This document shows, piece after piece, positions 38,834 through 52,514 of a DNA stretch of 64,000 nucleotides. The position numbers were made by a program, and so were the translations under genes. Each line of letters starts with the position of its first letter. Positions within the stretch are counted from its first letter, which is position 1. The stretch is from Octopus sinensis (lineage: Eukaryota). The stretch spans positions 133,920,001 to 133,984,000 of the forward strand of contig NC_043000.1 in the NCBI RefSeq assembly GCF_006345805.1, given 5' to 3'. The notes under the pieces are model-generated. The model made no database searches, was not told the DNA's origin, and worked only from the letters and a program-made list of their open reading frames with translations.

Positions 38834-39487
38834 TGTGAGCTGGAAGAATTGTTATCATGCCAGGCAAAATGTTCAGCAGCATTTCGTCTGTCTTTACATT
38901 CTGAGTTTAAATTCCACAGAGGTTGACTTTGCCTTTTATCCTTTTGGGGAGCAATGAAATAAGTACCAGCCAAGTACTGGGGTCGATGTTATTGACTCTC
39001 CACCTCCTTCAAAATTTCAGGCCTTATACCTATGGCTATGATGCTCCCCCACTACTTCTGCTCATGATCAGAGATGCACATATCGTCAGCCACTAAGGGA
39101 CATGGTTAACTGGTTAAGGTCAAACAACTGACAAGCAAATCTGTGGTATTGAGCAGAATATTTGCTGTAGTCCATCTTTTGTACCAAGACAAAACAATGT
39201 ACATGATAACACTTCCAATCAGTTAAGATCAGAAGCCACAAGAGCCACTGCCTTGCACTGCATCAGGGCAATCTCATTATTATTATTGTTATTATTATTG
39301 CTATTATTATTATTACTACTACTACCAATTAAGGCAATTATCTGGCAGAATCATTAGCAGCATTGTGCCTGTCTTCATGTTCTGACTTCAAATTCCATCA
39401 AAGTAAATTTTGTCTTTCAGAGTCAATAAAATGAGTACCAATCAAGCGAAATTGCTTGTTTGTGCCAAAATTTGAAATCATTGTTGC

Positions 39488-39536
<49 letters not shown>

Positions 39537-39569
39537 AAAGAAATCATTATTATTATTATTATTGTTGGT

Positions 39570-39894
39570 AGTTGAGTGCTGATACTTCCAAGTGCACCAA
39601 CTACTACTGATATCACATCTACTCTCTTCATTGACCATAACCTTCGTATTTCCCACTTTAAATCATCATAGTTGTTTATTTTTTCTTCTTCTTTCACATT
39701 GATCCTGTTGTCACCAGGGTATGCTATGTCGATAATCTTACATGTTCTTTCTCACGTTGATCCTATTGTCACAGGGACATGCTATGTCGATAATTATACA
39801 TGTTCTTTCTCACATTGACCTTGTTGTCACCGCGGCATGCTACATCAATAATCATACATGTTTTTTCTCACATTGATCCTGTTGTCACCAGGGC
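39570..39894 (-). mobile_element. R4/Dong-type endonuclease fragment with 58-bp tandem reiteration
   Basis: RTCKIIDIAYPGDNRINVKEEEKINNYDDLKWEIRRLWSMKRVDVISVVVGALGSIS; (TAA)n on both sides. Confidence 0.85.
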
Positions 39895-40064
39895 TATTGT
39901 TATTATTATTATTGTTGTTGTTGTTGTTGTTGTTGTTATTTTCATTATTTTGGTTTGGTTCAGGTTCGGTCTTATTCCTGGTAGGATTTATGTGGGTTGT
40001 GGGTTACTATTTGCAACCTTAAGTATCTACAAGTTTTCAATAGTTTTCAAGTGCTTAGAAACTT

Positions 40065-40625
40065 CATCATCATCATCATCATCGTTTAACGTCCGCTTTC
40101 CATGCTAGCATGGGTTGGACGATTTGACTGAGGTCTGGCGAACCAGATGGCTGCATCAGACTCCAATTTGATCTGGCAGAGTTTCTACAGCTGGATGCCC
40201 TTCCTAACAGCAACCACTCCAAGAGTGTAGTGGGTGCTTTTACGTGCTACTGGCACAAGGGCCAGTTGGGTGGTACTGCCAACGGCCATGCTCAAATTGT
40301 GCTTTTTATGTGCCACCTGCACAAGAGCCAGTACAGTGGCACTGGCAGCAACCTCGCTCAAATGTTTTTTCACGTGCCACCAGCACAAGTTCCAGTAAGG
40401 TGATGCAGGTAACGATCACACTTGAATGGTGCTTTTTACATGCCACCAGCACAGAGGCCAGTTTGTTGCTCTGGCAATGATCAACACTCATATGGTACTC
40501 TTAGCATTCCACTAGCACAGATGCCAGTCATCGAATTTGATTTCGATTTCGATTTCACTTGCCTCAACAGGTCTTTGCAAGCAGAGTTTAGTGTCCAATG
40601 AAGGAAAGGTATGCATAAGTGGACT
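40065..40625 (-). mobile_element. RTE LINE 3' UTR, nearly complete
   Basis: Reverse complement of 45625-46208 including CACTTGCCTCAACAGGTC. Confidence 0.88.
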
Positions 40626-40862
40626 GATAATCTTTGCTGTCCCTAAGAGATAAACTTTCTGTAGGATTTTACCGAGCATTCTAGTTCAATCTCCTTCAAC
40701 CATTTGTCTATATATTTACTTACTGTTCCCAATGCACCAATTATTATAGGCATGTCCTCTACTGTTCACTTGCTCCAAATTCTTTCTATTTCAAATTTTC
40801 AGGGATTGTATTTTTCTTATTTTTCTTCCTCTTTCTTTATGATCCTGGTATCAAATGGGCAT
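40626..40862 (-). pseudogene. R4/Dong-type endonuclease fragment
   Basis: CPFDTRIIKKEEEK*EKY..KFEIERIWS...PIIIGALGTVSKYIDKWL...LLGTAKII. Confidence 0.8.
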
Positions 40863-40881
40863 TGTTATTCTTATTCTTCTT

Positions 40882-41765
<884 letters not shown>

Positions 41766-43365
41766 ATATATTGCAGAACAAATATTGTTTTGTATGATAT
41801 AATTATTAAAACAAACTAATATTCCATTACTTTAAGTTTCATGTCAAAAAGGTAACCCTCACACACTATCTCAGTAAACAAGTATTTTAAATGATTCTTC
41901 TGGCTTTATTTGGCATCAGAATTAATATATAGCTTGTTTGCTATTAAAGTAGGTAAAAAAAAACACAACACAGTAGTTCAGATATAGGAAATTAGAAAAT
42001 ATCTTTCTCAAAGGCATTAAATGTTTTAATAAAGCAAATAGGCTTTAAATGGGAAACCAAAACTCATTACAGACACATCTTTCCTGGTATTTTCAATGTA
42101 TTTATTATTATTAAATTTGACAACTTTTGCATTACTTCCATATAGATATTGTTTAATATAATATCATTAGATGTACCACCTGATGACAGCCTCTTCAGCA
42201 CAAAAATCCTAGTAATAATAATTTATTATTATATATTTAATATCCTTTTCGTTATAAGCACAAAGTCTGAAACATTTTGGGAAGGACTAGCCAATTATCT
42301 TGAAACCAGCATCAGACTGATACTTGTCTCATCAACTTCAGAAATGTATGAAAGACAAAGTCAACCTTAGCAGAATTCAAACTCAGAATGTAAAGGCAGA
42401 CAAACTACCATTGAGCATTCTGTTCAGTGTGTTAACAACCTTGCTAGCTTGTCACCTTAATAATATGCTTAATATACAATAGTATATTTGCTTACTAAGT
42501 TAGATATATTGATGTCTCCTTCATCATCATCATCATCATCATTTAATGTCCACCTTCCATGCTGGCATGAGTAAGATGGTTAGACAAGAGCCGGCCAGGC
42601 AGAAGCCAGCACCAGACTTCTGCAACTATTTTGGCAGGATTTTTACAGCTGGGTGCCCTTCCTAACACCAACTACTCAGCAGAGTGGACTTGGTGCATTT
42701 TATGTGGCAAGGTTAGTTTTGGCAAGGTTTTTACAGCTGATTGCCCTTCCAAACACCAGCCATTTTATAGTGTGGACTGGGTGCTTTTAAGTGGCACCTG
42801 CACTGACAGGGTTGCCAAATACTTGCAAGACAAAGAAAAATGTGTTTGTGTACTTGTGTAAGTATATATGTATATATTTGCTTGTGCAGGCATGCATGCA
42901 TGCATTATGTATGTACGTACACACGTATGTATGTATGTATGTATGTATGTATGTATGTATGTATGTATGTATGTATTTGTGAGGATGTATGGCCTTGTGG
43001 TTAGGTGTCGCACTCTCAATCATGAGATTGTGATTTCAATTTCTGGACTGGACAGTGCACTGTGTTCTTGAGCAAAACACTTCAATTCACGTTGCTTTGT
43101 GATCACTTCAATATCTAACATGTGATTCACCTCGCACCTGTGCAGGCAATGTCAGTTTGACCAATATAAAGAAATCATCTGTATGGATTACACAATGAGA
43201 AATGATAGCACCCTCATCAGTCATCTACGACTGAAAAGTCCATTGTGTATTTGGAAGGATAGTTTAGTGTGTTAGTCAGAGTATCAGAATTAAATTACTA
43301 TTTGACAGTTACATATTTAATATTTGGTAAAAATTGTCTAAAATTTGTGTTTGGAGGACTTAGAC

Positions 43366-43584
43366 CAGTGCTTTTCAAACTTTTTGCTGGAGCGGAACCC
43401 CAAGGAAACATTCCACTGGCTCAAGGAACCCCTGTGCAATAATTTAATAGTCTTATGCACACATATCTGCACAGGAGAATTAAAAATTACTGCCGATTTT
43501 AGCAGTTTTGTAACTTCTTGCGGAACCCCTGGACTGTACTGGTGGAACCCTAAGGTTCCACAGAACCCTGGTTGAAAACCACTG
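43366..43584. mobile_element. hAT (Charlie-like) MITE
   Basis: TIRs CAGTGCTTTTCAAAC / GGTTGAAAACCACTG; 8-bp flanks ACTTAGAC / ATTTAGAA. Confidence 0.8.
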
Positions 43585-43887
43585 ATTTAGAAATATCATC
43601 ATCATCATCATCATCATCAACATTTCACATCCATTTTCCATGTTGACATGGGTTCGACAGCTTGACAGGAACTGGCATGACCAAGGTCTGCAACAGGTTC
43701 CATAATCTATTTTGGTTTGGTTTCTATGGCTGGATGCCCCTCCTAATATCAAGTATTTTAAGTGATTGGTACTTCTTTATGCAGCTGTTCTCATCCATTT
43801 GCATCACATGACCAAACCAGTGATCTCTCCTCTCTTGCACACTGCATATAATTTCTTTTATGCCCACCTTCTCTCTCAATATTCATA

Positions 43888-45578
43888 TTGCTGAATAAAG
43901 AAAATGAATGGGATAAAGAGAGTCTGCCGAATGTTGACCCAACAGAGGGACCAGCTATCCGAGTTGATAGTTCCGTGGTAGCTAAGGCAATTAGAAGCAT
44001 GAAGACAGGGAAAGCCCCAGGCCCATCAGGAATTACTGCAGAGATGCTCAAAATATCTGGCAGTGTCGGCTATAACCTAGTCACCCGTATAGTCAACCAG
44101 GTGATACACGAAGGAGTCATACCCAATGACTGGTGTAGCAGCATACTAGTCAACTGCTACAAAGGTAAAGGTGATGCCCTGGATACAAATAATTACAGAG
44201 GTATCAAGCTGTTGGATCAGGTAATGAAGGTTACGGAGAGGGTCATAGCCCAACTAATTAGAGAGAGAGTTAGTTTAGATGAGATGCAGTTTGGGTTTGT
44301 CCCAGGGAAAAGCACCACTGATGCTATATTCCTGGTAAGGCAGCTGCAGGAGAAATACCTAGCCAAAGATAAGCCCCTGTACCTGGCTTTCGTTGACATG
44401 GAGAAAGCCTTTGATAGGGTCCCCCGATCCCTCATCTGGTGGTCAATGAGGAAACTAGGGATAGATGAATGGCTGGTGAGGGCTGTGCAAGCCATGTACA
44501 GAGATGCCGTAAGTAAGGTTAGAGTTGGCAGCATGTACACAGAAGAATTCAAGGTAGAGGTTGGGGTCCACCAGGGTTCAGTACTCAGCCCTATTTATCA
44601 TAGTCCTCCAGGCAATTGTGGAGGAATTCAAGACAGGTTGCCCCTGGGAGCTCCTCTATGCTGACGACCTCGCTCTAATCGCTGAGTCACTATCAGAACT
44701 GGAGGAGAAGTTCCAGGTGTGGAAGGAGGGTTTAGAATCGAGGGGCCTTAGAGTCAACCTAGCTAAAACCAAAGTACTAATAAGTAGAAAGTTAGAAAAT
44801 CCACAAATATCCTCAGGAAGATGGCCCTGCTCGATCTGTAGAAAAGGTGTAGGTAGAAACTCTATAAGATGTACCCAGTGTAAGCTATGGACACATAAGA
44901 GGTGCAGCAATGTCAAAGGTAGGCTAACTGGGAAGATAGTTTTTGTATGTGGCAGATGCTCTGGAGCATTGACCTCCGAAAATCTGCAGAAAACAACTTC
45001 CGTCACTTTCCGGGGGGAAAAACTAGAAGTAGTTGATAGCTTCCGCTATCTAGGTGACCAAGTCAGTAGTGGGGGCGGGTGCGCTGAAAGTGTAACTGCT
45101 AGAATAAGAAAAGCCTGGGCAAAGTTTAGGGAGCTCTTACCTCTGCTGGTGACTAAAGGCCTCTCACTCAGAGTAAAAGGCAGACTAGCTATGCTACATG
45201 GCAGTGAAACATGGGCCGTGACTGCTGAGGACATGCGTAAGCTTGTGAGGAACGAAGCCAGTATGCTCCGATGGATGTGTAATGTCAGTGTACTTACTCG
45301 ACAGAGCGTTAGTACCTTGAGAGAAATGTTGTACCTAAGAAGCATCAGTTGTTGTGTGCAAGAGAGACGATGGTCATGTGGCGAGAATGGATGAAGATAG
45401 GTGTGTGAGAAAGTGCCAATCCCTAGCAGTTGAGGGAACCCGTGGAAGAGGTAGACCCAGGAAGACCTGGGACGAAGTGGTGAAGCACGACCTTCGGACG
45501 TTAGGTCTCACCATGGAAATGACTAGAGACCGAGACCTATGGAAGTATGCTGTGCGTGAGAAGACCCGGCAAGACTAG
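43888..45578 (+). pseudogene. RTE reverse transcriptase with PHD-like finger; frameshifts near 44590 and 45370
   Basis: KAPGPSGI, NYRGIKLL, QFGFVPGKSTTDAIF, FVDMEKAFDRV, GVHQGSVLSP, LLYADD, FRYLG, RGRGRPRKTW. Confidence 0.95.
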
Positions 45579-46208
45579 TGAAGCCATAATCCGTGGCCCC
45601 TACCTGGGACGTAGTCAGTCCACCTGTGCATACCTTCCTTCTTGTGACACTTGTGAAGACCTGTTGAGGCAAGTGAGAATCAAATCAAATCAAATCAAAT
45701 CAAATCGAACCAAATCAAAATAGATGAACATCAATGGAATTTGTATCCTTGTGGTACCAGTGCCGGTGGCACATAAGAAAACCATCCGAACGTGATCGTA
45801 GCCAGTACCGCAACAACTGGCCTCCGTGCTGAGGGCACATAACAAACACCATCCGAGCATGGCCGTCCGCCAGCCCCGTCTGGCACCTGTGTCGGTGACA
45901 CATAAGAAAACACCATCCGAGCGTGGCCGTCAGCCAGCCTCGTCTGGCACCTGTGTCGGTGGCACATAAAAAACACCATCCGAGCGTGGCCGTTTGCCAG
46001 CCTCGTCTGGCACCTGTGTCGGTGGCACATAAAATCACCCACTACACTCTCGGAGTTGTTGGCGTTAGGAAGGGCATCCAGCTGTAGAAACACTGCCAGA
46101 TCTGACTGGCCTGGTGCAGCCTTCGGTCTTGCCAGACCCCAGTTGAACCGTCCAACCCATGCTAGCATGGAAAGCGGACGTTAAACGATGATGATGATGA
46201 TGATGATG
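43888..46208 (+). mobile_element. RTE-clade LINE, 5'-truncated, about 2.3 kb
   Basis: RT coding region, 3' UTR with about 63-bp subrepeats, CCATGCTAGCATGG and (GAT)n tail. Confidence 0.95.
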
Positions 46209-46744
46209 AATAAAAAAAAATATATTAAAAAAAAGGGAAATATGGCACTGAATTTCAAACTTCCAAAATTTTATGTTAAATTCTTGTTCATTTTTTTTTT
46301 AGTTCAAAGTCCCACCCCCTCACTACATTTCTAAGTACTAGATCTGAAACTGGAACATCTGAAAGAAGAAACCATGTGTTGCCTTTTTTGTACTTTGTGA
46401 CAATGACAACACCCACCCATAAAATCGCTTTCTATCGATAAAATTTATATATGACATTGTATGGGAAAATTGTGACCTGGGTGTTAACCTAGAATGCACA
46501 TTAAAAGAAACTGTGTGTGTGTATGTGTGTGTGTGTGTGTGGGTGGGTGGGTGTGGGTGTGTCTATATATAGATATACATACATATATATACACACATAT
46601 ATGTACACACACAAGCACACATATATACACACACACACACACTCACATATATATATATATATATATAACATATAAATATACATATATACATGCATATATA
46701 CAGATATATGTATGTATACATATGCTTAAATAGGTATTCGTTTA

Positions 46745-47128
46745 TTCTTTTATCCTTTTATTTTGTTTCAGTCATTTGATTGCGGCCATGCTGGAGTAGC
46801 CCCTTTAGTCAAACAAATTGACCCTCCGAACTTATTCTTTGTAAGCTTAGTACTTATTCTATCAGTCTTCTTTTGCTGAACTGCTAAGGAATAGGGATAT
46901 AAACACAACAAAATTGGTTGTAAAGCGATGGTGGAGGGACAAACACAGACACACAAACACACACACAACAGGCTTCTTTCAGTTTCCGTCTACCAAATCT
47001 ACTCACAAGGCTTTGGTTGGCCCGAGGCTATAATAGAAGACACTTGCTCAAGGTGTCACGCAGTGGGATTTAACCCAGAACCATGTGGTTGGTAAGCAAG
47101 CTACTTACCACACAGCCATTCCTGCGCA
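46745..47128 (-). mobile_element. SINE family B
   Basis: Reverse complement of family B copies. Confidence 0.83.
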
Positions 47129-47304
47129 TATATGTATAATATAAATAAACACAGTAATCGTATGTATTTCTAAGTTTTATATACCATACATGTGTTTCCT
47201 CGTGTTGACTTTCATTATATACATAAATACATACATGCATACATACATATATACATACATATGTATGTAAATAAGTATGTGTGTGTGTATTATGTGTCTC
47301 TCAT

Positions 47305-47527
47305 ACTCTTTTACTCTTTTACTCTTTTCAGTCATTTGACTGTGGCCATACTGGAGCACTACCTTTAGTCGAACAAATCGACCTCAAGACTTATTCTTTG
47401 TAAGCCTAGTACTTATTCTATCAGCCTCTTTTGCCAAATCGCTAAGTTACGGCGATGCAAACACACCAGCATCAGTTGTCAAGCGATGTTGGGGGGACAA
47501 ACACAGACACACAAACATACACACACA

Positions 47528-47587
<60 letters not shown>

Positions 47588-47760
47588 CAGACATATACAA
47601 CAGGCTTCTTTCAGTTTTCGTCTACCAAATCCACTCACAAGGTTTGGGTCAGCCTGAGGCTATAGTAAAAAACACTTGCCCAAGGTGCCATGCAGTGGGA
47701 CTGAACTCGGAACTATGTGGTTGGTAAGCAAGCTACTTACCACACAGCCACTCCTACGCC
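47305..47760 (-). mobile_element. SINE family B
   Basis: Reverse complement of family B copies. Confidence 0.83.
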
Positions 47761-47913
47761 TATATGTATATGCATGATACATCTCCCATATGTGTTGAGA
47801 TGCATCATCAGTAATGTTACCTGGTGTTGTTAGGTGTTTCAGATCTTTCGGCATCAGACAGTGTCGCCTATATTATCCAACTGGATTTCTTTGGACTACA
47901 ACTTTTGTCCCAG

Positions 47914-48160
47914 TGTGGAGGCGCATGGCTTAGTGGTTAGGGTGTTGAACTCATGATCGTAAGGTTGTGGTTTTGATTCCTTTACCGGGCAATGCATTGT
48001 GCTCTTGAACAAAACACTTCATTTCACGTTGTTCCAGTCCACTCCACTGGCAAAAATGAGTAATCCTGCGACGAACCAGCATCCCGTCCAAGTGGGGAAT
48101 TTCTACGCCACTGAAACTGGGAAACCGGCCCTTATGAGCCTGGCATGGCTCGAGAAGGAA
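47914..48160 (+). mobile_element. tRNA-derived SINE, family C-related
   Basis: GTGGAGGCGCATGGCTTAGTGGTTAGGGTG head; opposite-strand relative at 52515-52733. Confidence 0.78.
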
Positions 48161-49234
48161 CATTTTTTTTTTGTGTCCCAGTAGCAGTCTGCAAAGCCAC
48201 ATAATGGCCATCTCTGTGCTTTTAGCACACAGAGGAAATGTCCCAGTTCTACAATACCCTTATAATACCCAATCATTTAAGGACTCTGCTACAGTCCTCT
48301 GTCACACTCCACCTCTACAAAACCTCCCACCTTTCCGTCACACAGCCTTTCCCCACTACCCCTCGCCTATTTGAAATTCTCTCATCTTTCTAGCCCTCAG
48401 CTTCTCCCTGCTCACACTCTATATCCACCTTGCTATCCACCAATATAACATGGAATAGCATTGAATATCTCCCAACTTAATCCCTCCTGCCATCCTTATC
48501 ATTCTGCCTCTCTCTTTATTACTCTCACTCTCTCTCATGACAATACTCATGAAGTGAGGGATTTTTGTCTCTATTGTTATTCTTCTACTAGCCATCACCC
48601 TCTACTTCAAGTTATTCATGATTGATATATATCAATCTTCTCTTACTATCACCCTTTTCTTAAACTCTATGAATATCTCTCTCTCTCTCTCCCCTTCTTC
48701 CTCTCCCCCTCTCTCTCCCTTTCTTCCTCTCCCCCTCTCTCCCTATTTTCCTCTCCCCCTCTCTCTCTCTCACCGCTAAACAGGTAACTGGTATCAATTC
48801 TCAGTAATCCTTACCATAACTGTCTCTCTTCCATTACTCCCTCCCTGCCACTGTCTCTTCAGTTACCCCCTTTTCTACTACATTCTCACCCAATAGTTCT
48901 TTTCCTCCATTTATACTATTGCTTCTCTCACCATTTCATCCAAGTTCAGCTTCTCTTCCCTACCATTCTACTCCTTACAGTCCTGGGGTCTCTTTTACAT
49001 GGAAAGACAACCTTACTTGTTCTGGTGCCACACTAAAATACATCCAGTGCATTCTTTAAAACAGTTGATGAATTGATCAGAGACAATTGTATTACTGTGA
49101 GGTTTCTTTATGTCTTACTGAAAGCATAACAACTTCTAGTACAGGTATCATGATAAAATGCACCCAGCATACTCTATAAAATATCTGTAGAAATTTCTCC
49201 TCAATGACATCTCAGTTCTTGCTAGTACAATGTT

Positions 49235-50260
49235 TTGCAATGTGAATCTTCATATCATAAAACATGTGCAAACTTCTTACTCTCTACTTCTCCCTTGATA
49301 AGCATACTTGTACACCTTGACTGTTTTCTTTCTATAGGATATTGTGTTTTACTGCTCACTTTCTTCCAAGTCTCTCTTGGCTTATTTCTTAGCTTTTATA
49401 TCTATAGTAACTTTTGTCTAGCTGGAACCTTGCACCAGCCACAGATTTGGTCTTTAACCCTCAACTAGTTGTCTCATATAAATTCCTAGTCATCCTCTCT
49501 TTTGTCACATGTGTAACTAGATATTCTCTCAGTCTATTACTACCTGAGGTTTCAGCTTCCATATCTTCCTTATCCAGATTATTTTGTGTCTCAGAATCCA
49601 TCAAGTTCTTTGGCTGATACATTCTTTACCAGGGAAAAGATTCAGCATTCACACCTATCTGCTGTCTTATTTCCTGGTGCATATGGAGTCTATTTGACTT
49701 AATGTTATTGCCTGATTAGTAGGTGATCAAGTTGCTGGTTGGTTTCCTGAAGTTAAGTTTTCTCACAGAACACCAAGAGCTTTGCCCCGTTCACGTTCCT
49801 CAAACTAATATCCATTTCCATTATAGTATTGCCCAGAATGGCTATTAAAATTGACATCTGCGATAATGAGTATGCATTTATTCATTAATAAATTCATGGT
49901 AGTCTGGAAGCACAAGAGAAAGGTTTCATAAAAGCAGTACTTCTGTTCATCTTCCAAATCTCTATGTAGTGTACATGCAGAAATAAATATCATTGTTACA
50001 TTGACTCAAACTAGACTCAATTATTCTATCACACACTCTGACTATTTCAGACACTTCAGCTATTAGTTTCTCTGCTATTTATATACCCACTCTACTTGCA
50101 CTGTAACTCACCCAGAAGAATTTTCACTTTTGCTTTTTGTCTATAATGAGCCTAAGTGAAGCTCCTTTCTATCTCACCACTTGCACACAGCACACATCCA
50201 TTTGCCTCCATCCTAATGCCTACGCAAAATCTCCTAATCTATCTTTCATTGTGCTGATGA
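49235..50260 (-). pseudogene. Highly degraded RTE AP-endonuclease region
   Basis: Reverse strand MDVCCVQVVR*KGAS, KFFW, AEKLIAEVSEIVRVCDRII, MIFISAC, NFNSH. Confidence 0.7.
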
Positions 50261-51344
50261 GATTTTGGGCCCAGCAGGGTTCTAGTAGTCATCATCATCA
50301 TTGTTTAACATCCGCTTTCCATGCTAGCATTGGTTGGATGATTTGACTGAGGGCTGGCGAACCAGATGGCTGCACCTGACTCCAATCTGATCTGGCAGAG
50401 TTTCTACAGCTGGATGCCCTTCCTAACACCAACCACTCCGAGAGTGTAGTGGGTGCTTTTACATGCCACCGGCACGCGGGCCAGTCAGGCAGTACTGGCA
50501 ACGGCCATGCTCAAATGATGCCTTTTATGTGCCACCTGCACAGGAGCCAATCCAGCAGCACTGGCAATGACCTCGCTCGTAGTGGTTAGTTATATAGGTA
50601 TATCTTCTGCACCAGAAATTAAGAAAATTTGCATGATTGGTCAGTGATGATTGGAAGGTTATCACACAGAATTTCACCACTAAATTGATTTTCTATTATT
50701 CCTCAGCTCACAAATAGGTGAGTGCAAATAATTCTAAGCATGATGGGAGTTAGTCCTAAACTATGTTAGGTGTAGGTAGGCGTTAGTAACACAATAGATA
50801 TGCATACTTAAGCTCATATATAAACAATAAACATATATTGACATCTGTACATGTATGCACAGGAGCAGTGTGTATATATTTATACTTGAGCTTAAACAAA
50901 CACATAAACATATACTGACATATGTACAAATATGCATAGTTGCATTTAATATATAAATGTGTGTGTGTGTGTTTGTGTGTGTGTGTATATGTATGTATTG
51001 ATGTATGTATGTATGTATGTATGTATGTATGTATGTATGTATGTATGTATGTATGTATGTATGTATGTATGTATGTATGTATGTGTGTGTGTATGTATGT
51101 ATGTATGTATGTATGTGTGTGCGTATGTATGTTAACATATATGGGATTCTGCTTAGGCATAGCGATACAGATAACCAATTGTTGGAACATTTATACTTGA
51201 CAGTAAGCCATTAGGTAGAGCATAATATCAGTTAATGTGTGTGTGGCTGTCTGTCTGTGTGTATCTGTGTGTGTGTCTATATGTGCATACATATATGTAT
51301 GTATGTACAAACACACACAGAGACCTGCGCACATACACATACCC

Positions 51345-51630
51345 ACACATACCTCCTTCGCTTGCACTCTCCTGTCTTTGAAAGATCTTTTTCTTCACCC
51401 ATTACTTTCCGGTCATTTCAATATGTGACCGCGTGTGTATCATTGGCGATTTTCTTTCTCTGTCTTCCTTTCTTTGGACTTTCTCTTTTTTTCTATATTT
51501 CTGACAAAGAGCTCTGCTCGAAACGTTAAATCCTCCTTTGTTCTTTCCTTTCCTGAGCGTCCCATAACACTATACTTATTCCACGTCCTTGCGTTGTTGT
51601 GTTTTCTCTTTGTTCATGTTTGGATTAACT
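51345..51630 (+). mobile_element. Penelope-like terminal repeat (pLTR) fragment
   Basis: Pyrimidine-rich segment between CA/TA microsatellites containing a hammerhead motif. Confidence 0.6.
51497..51531 (+). ncRNA. Minimal type I hammerhead ribozyme motif, degenerate (G8 to A)
   Basis: ATTT-CTGACAA-A-GAGC-TCT-GCTC-GAAAC-GTT-AAAT: stem I ATTT/AAAT, stem II GAGC/GCTC, palindromic ACGT stem III. Confidence 0.7.
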
Positions 51631-52299
51631 ATATATGCATGTATGTATGCATGCATATATGTGTTTGTGTGTACTTTTGTACATCACGTGATCACTGCAA
51701 ATGACCATCATCATTATACGAATGAGATTATTCTTTCTTATATAAATATATCATCATCAGTCATCATCATTATCATCGTCATCATTTAATGTCCATGTTC
51801 CATGCTGGCATGGGCTGGATGTTTCGACTGGATCGCATGTGTCCAAAGATAGCTCAAATGTCTGCCTTGGCATAGATTTATAACTGGATGCCTTCCCTAA
51901 TGCCAACCACTTCATAGCATGGACTGGGTCTTTTTTTCATGCCACCTGCACTACTGAGGTTCACTTGCAGTTTGCCAGACTACAAGCCCTGGGGTGGTGG
52001 CCATGATGGTCAGCTTCATGCTAGAGGACAAGAGAATTACAATGAGAGTCTGGTGGCAGAGCAAGTCCCTTAGAGATTTTACATATTTCGGATCTTCTTG
52101 AAAAAACGAACCTCATCAAAAATATTTTTAAAAAGTTAAGGGTAATAAAAAAGCTTATAATTGTTTCTTACTGGTCTCAACTGAGTCCACATGGAGGTGT
52201 TTTGTGGTGGGGAGCATAATGGCTGTCTTGTGCGTTGACTAGAATCATTGGCTGTAATCATGAAAGTGACCGTTGGTCGTAATAGCCACCTACACTTTT

Positions 52300-52340
<41 letters not shown>

Positions 52341-52351
52341 ATACATGAATA

Positions 52352-52514
52352 TTTTGGGTCACCCCATAAATAATGCAGTTTTTTATGCTTCTTTTATTTT
52401 TCAAAATTAGGAGAAACAAAGTTCATTTTTAATCTAAAATATACTCTTCTTCATTTTCTACAATGCTCTTCTATCTATCTGGTAGACTTGCAAGACCCCT
52501 CTTCCAAAATTCAT
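52352..52514 (-). mobile_element. Mariner 3' end fragment (third family)
   Basis: Reverse strand EFWKRGLASLPDR*KSIVENEEEYILD* then TIR-like TTTATGGGGTGACCCAA. Confidence 0.65.

Noticed and set aside
39695-39894. CRISPR-like periodicity
   Set aside because: Whole units are homologous with no unique spacers; derived from retrotransposon coding sequence; no cas genes
43888-45578. Intact active LINE
   Set aside because: No endonuclease domain, two frameshifts and a short deletion near 45188 relative to the paralog at about 32230
45761-46040. Repeat-spacer-like array
   Set aside because: Tandem subrepeats of the RTE 3' UTR; intervening parts are homologous
47826-47862. Possible minus-strand hammerhead (CTGATG...GAAAC)
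   Set aside because: Core incomplete and stem II cannot be formed convincingly
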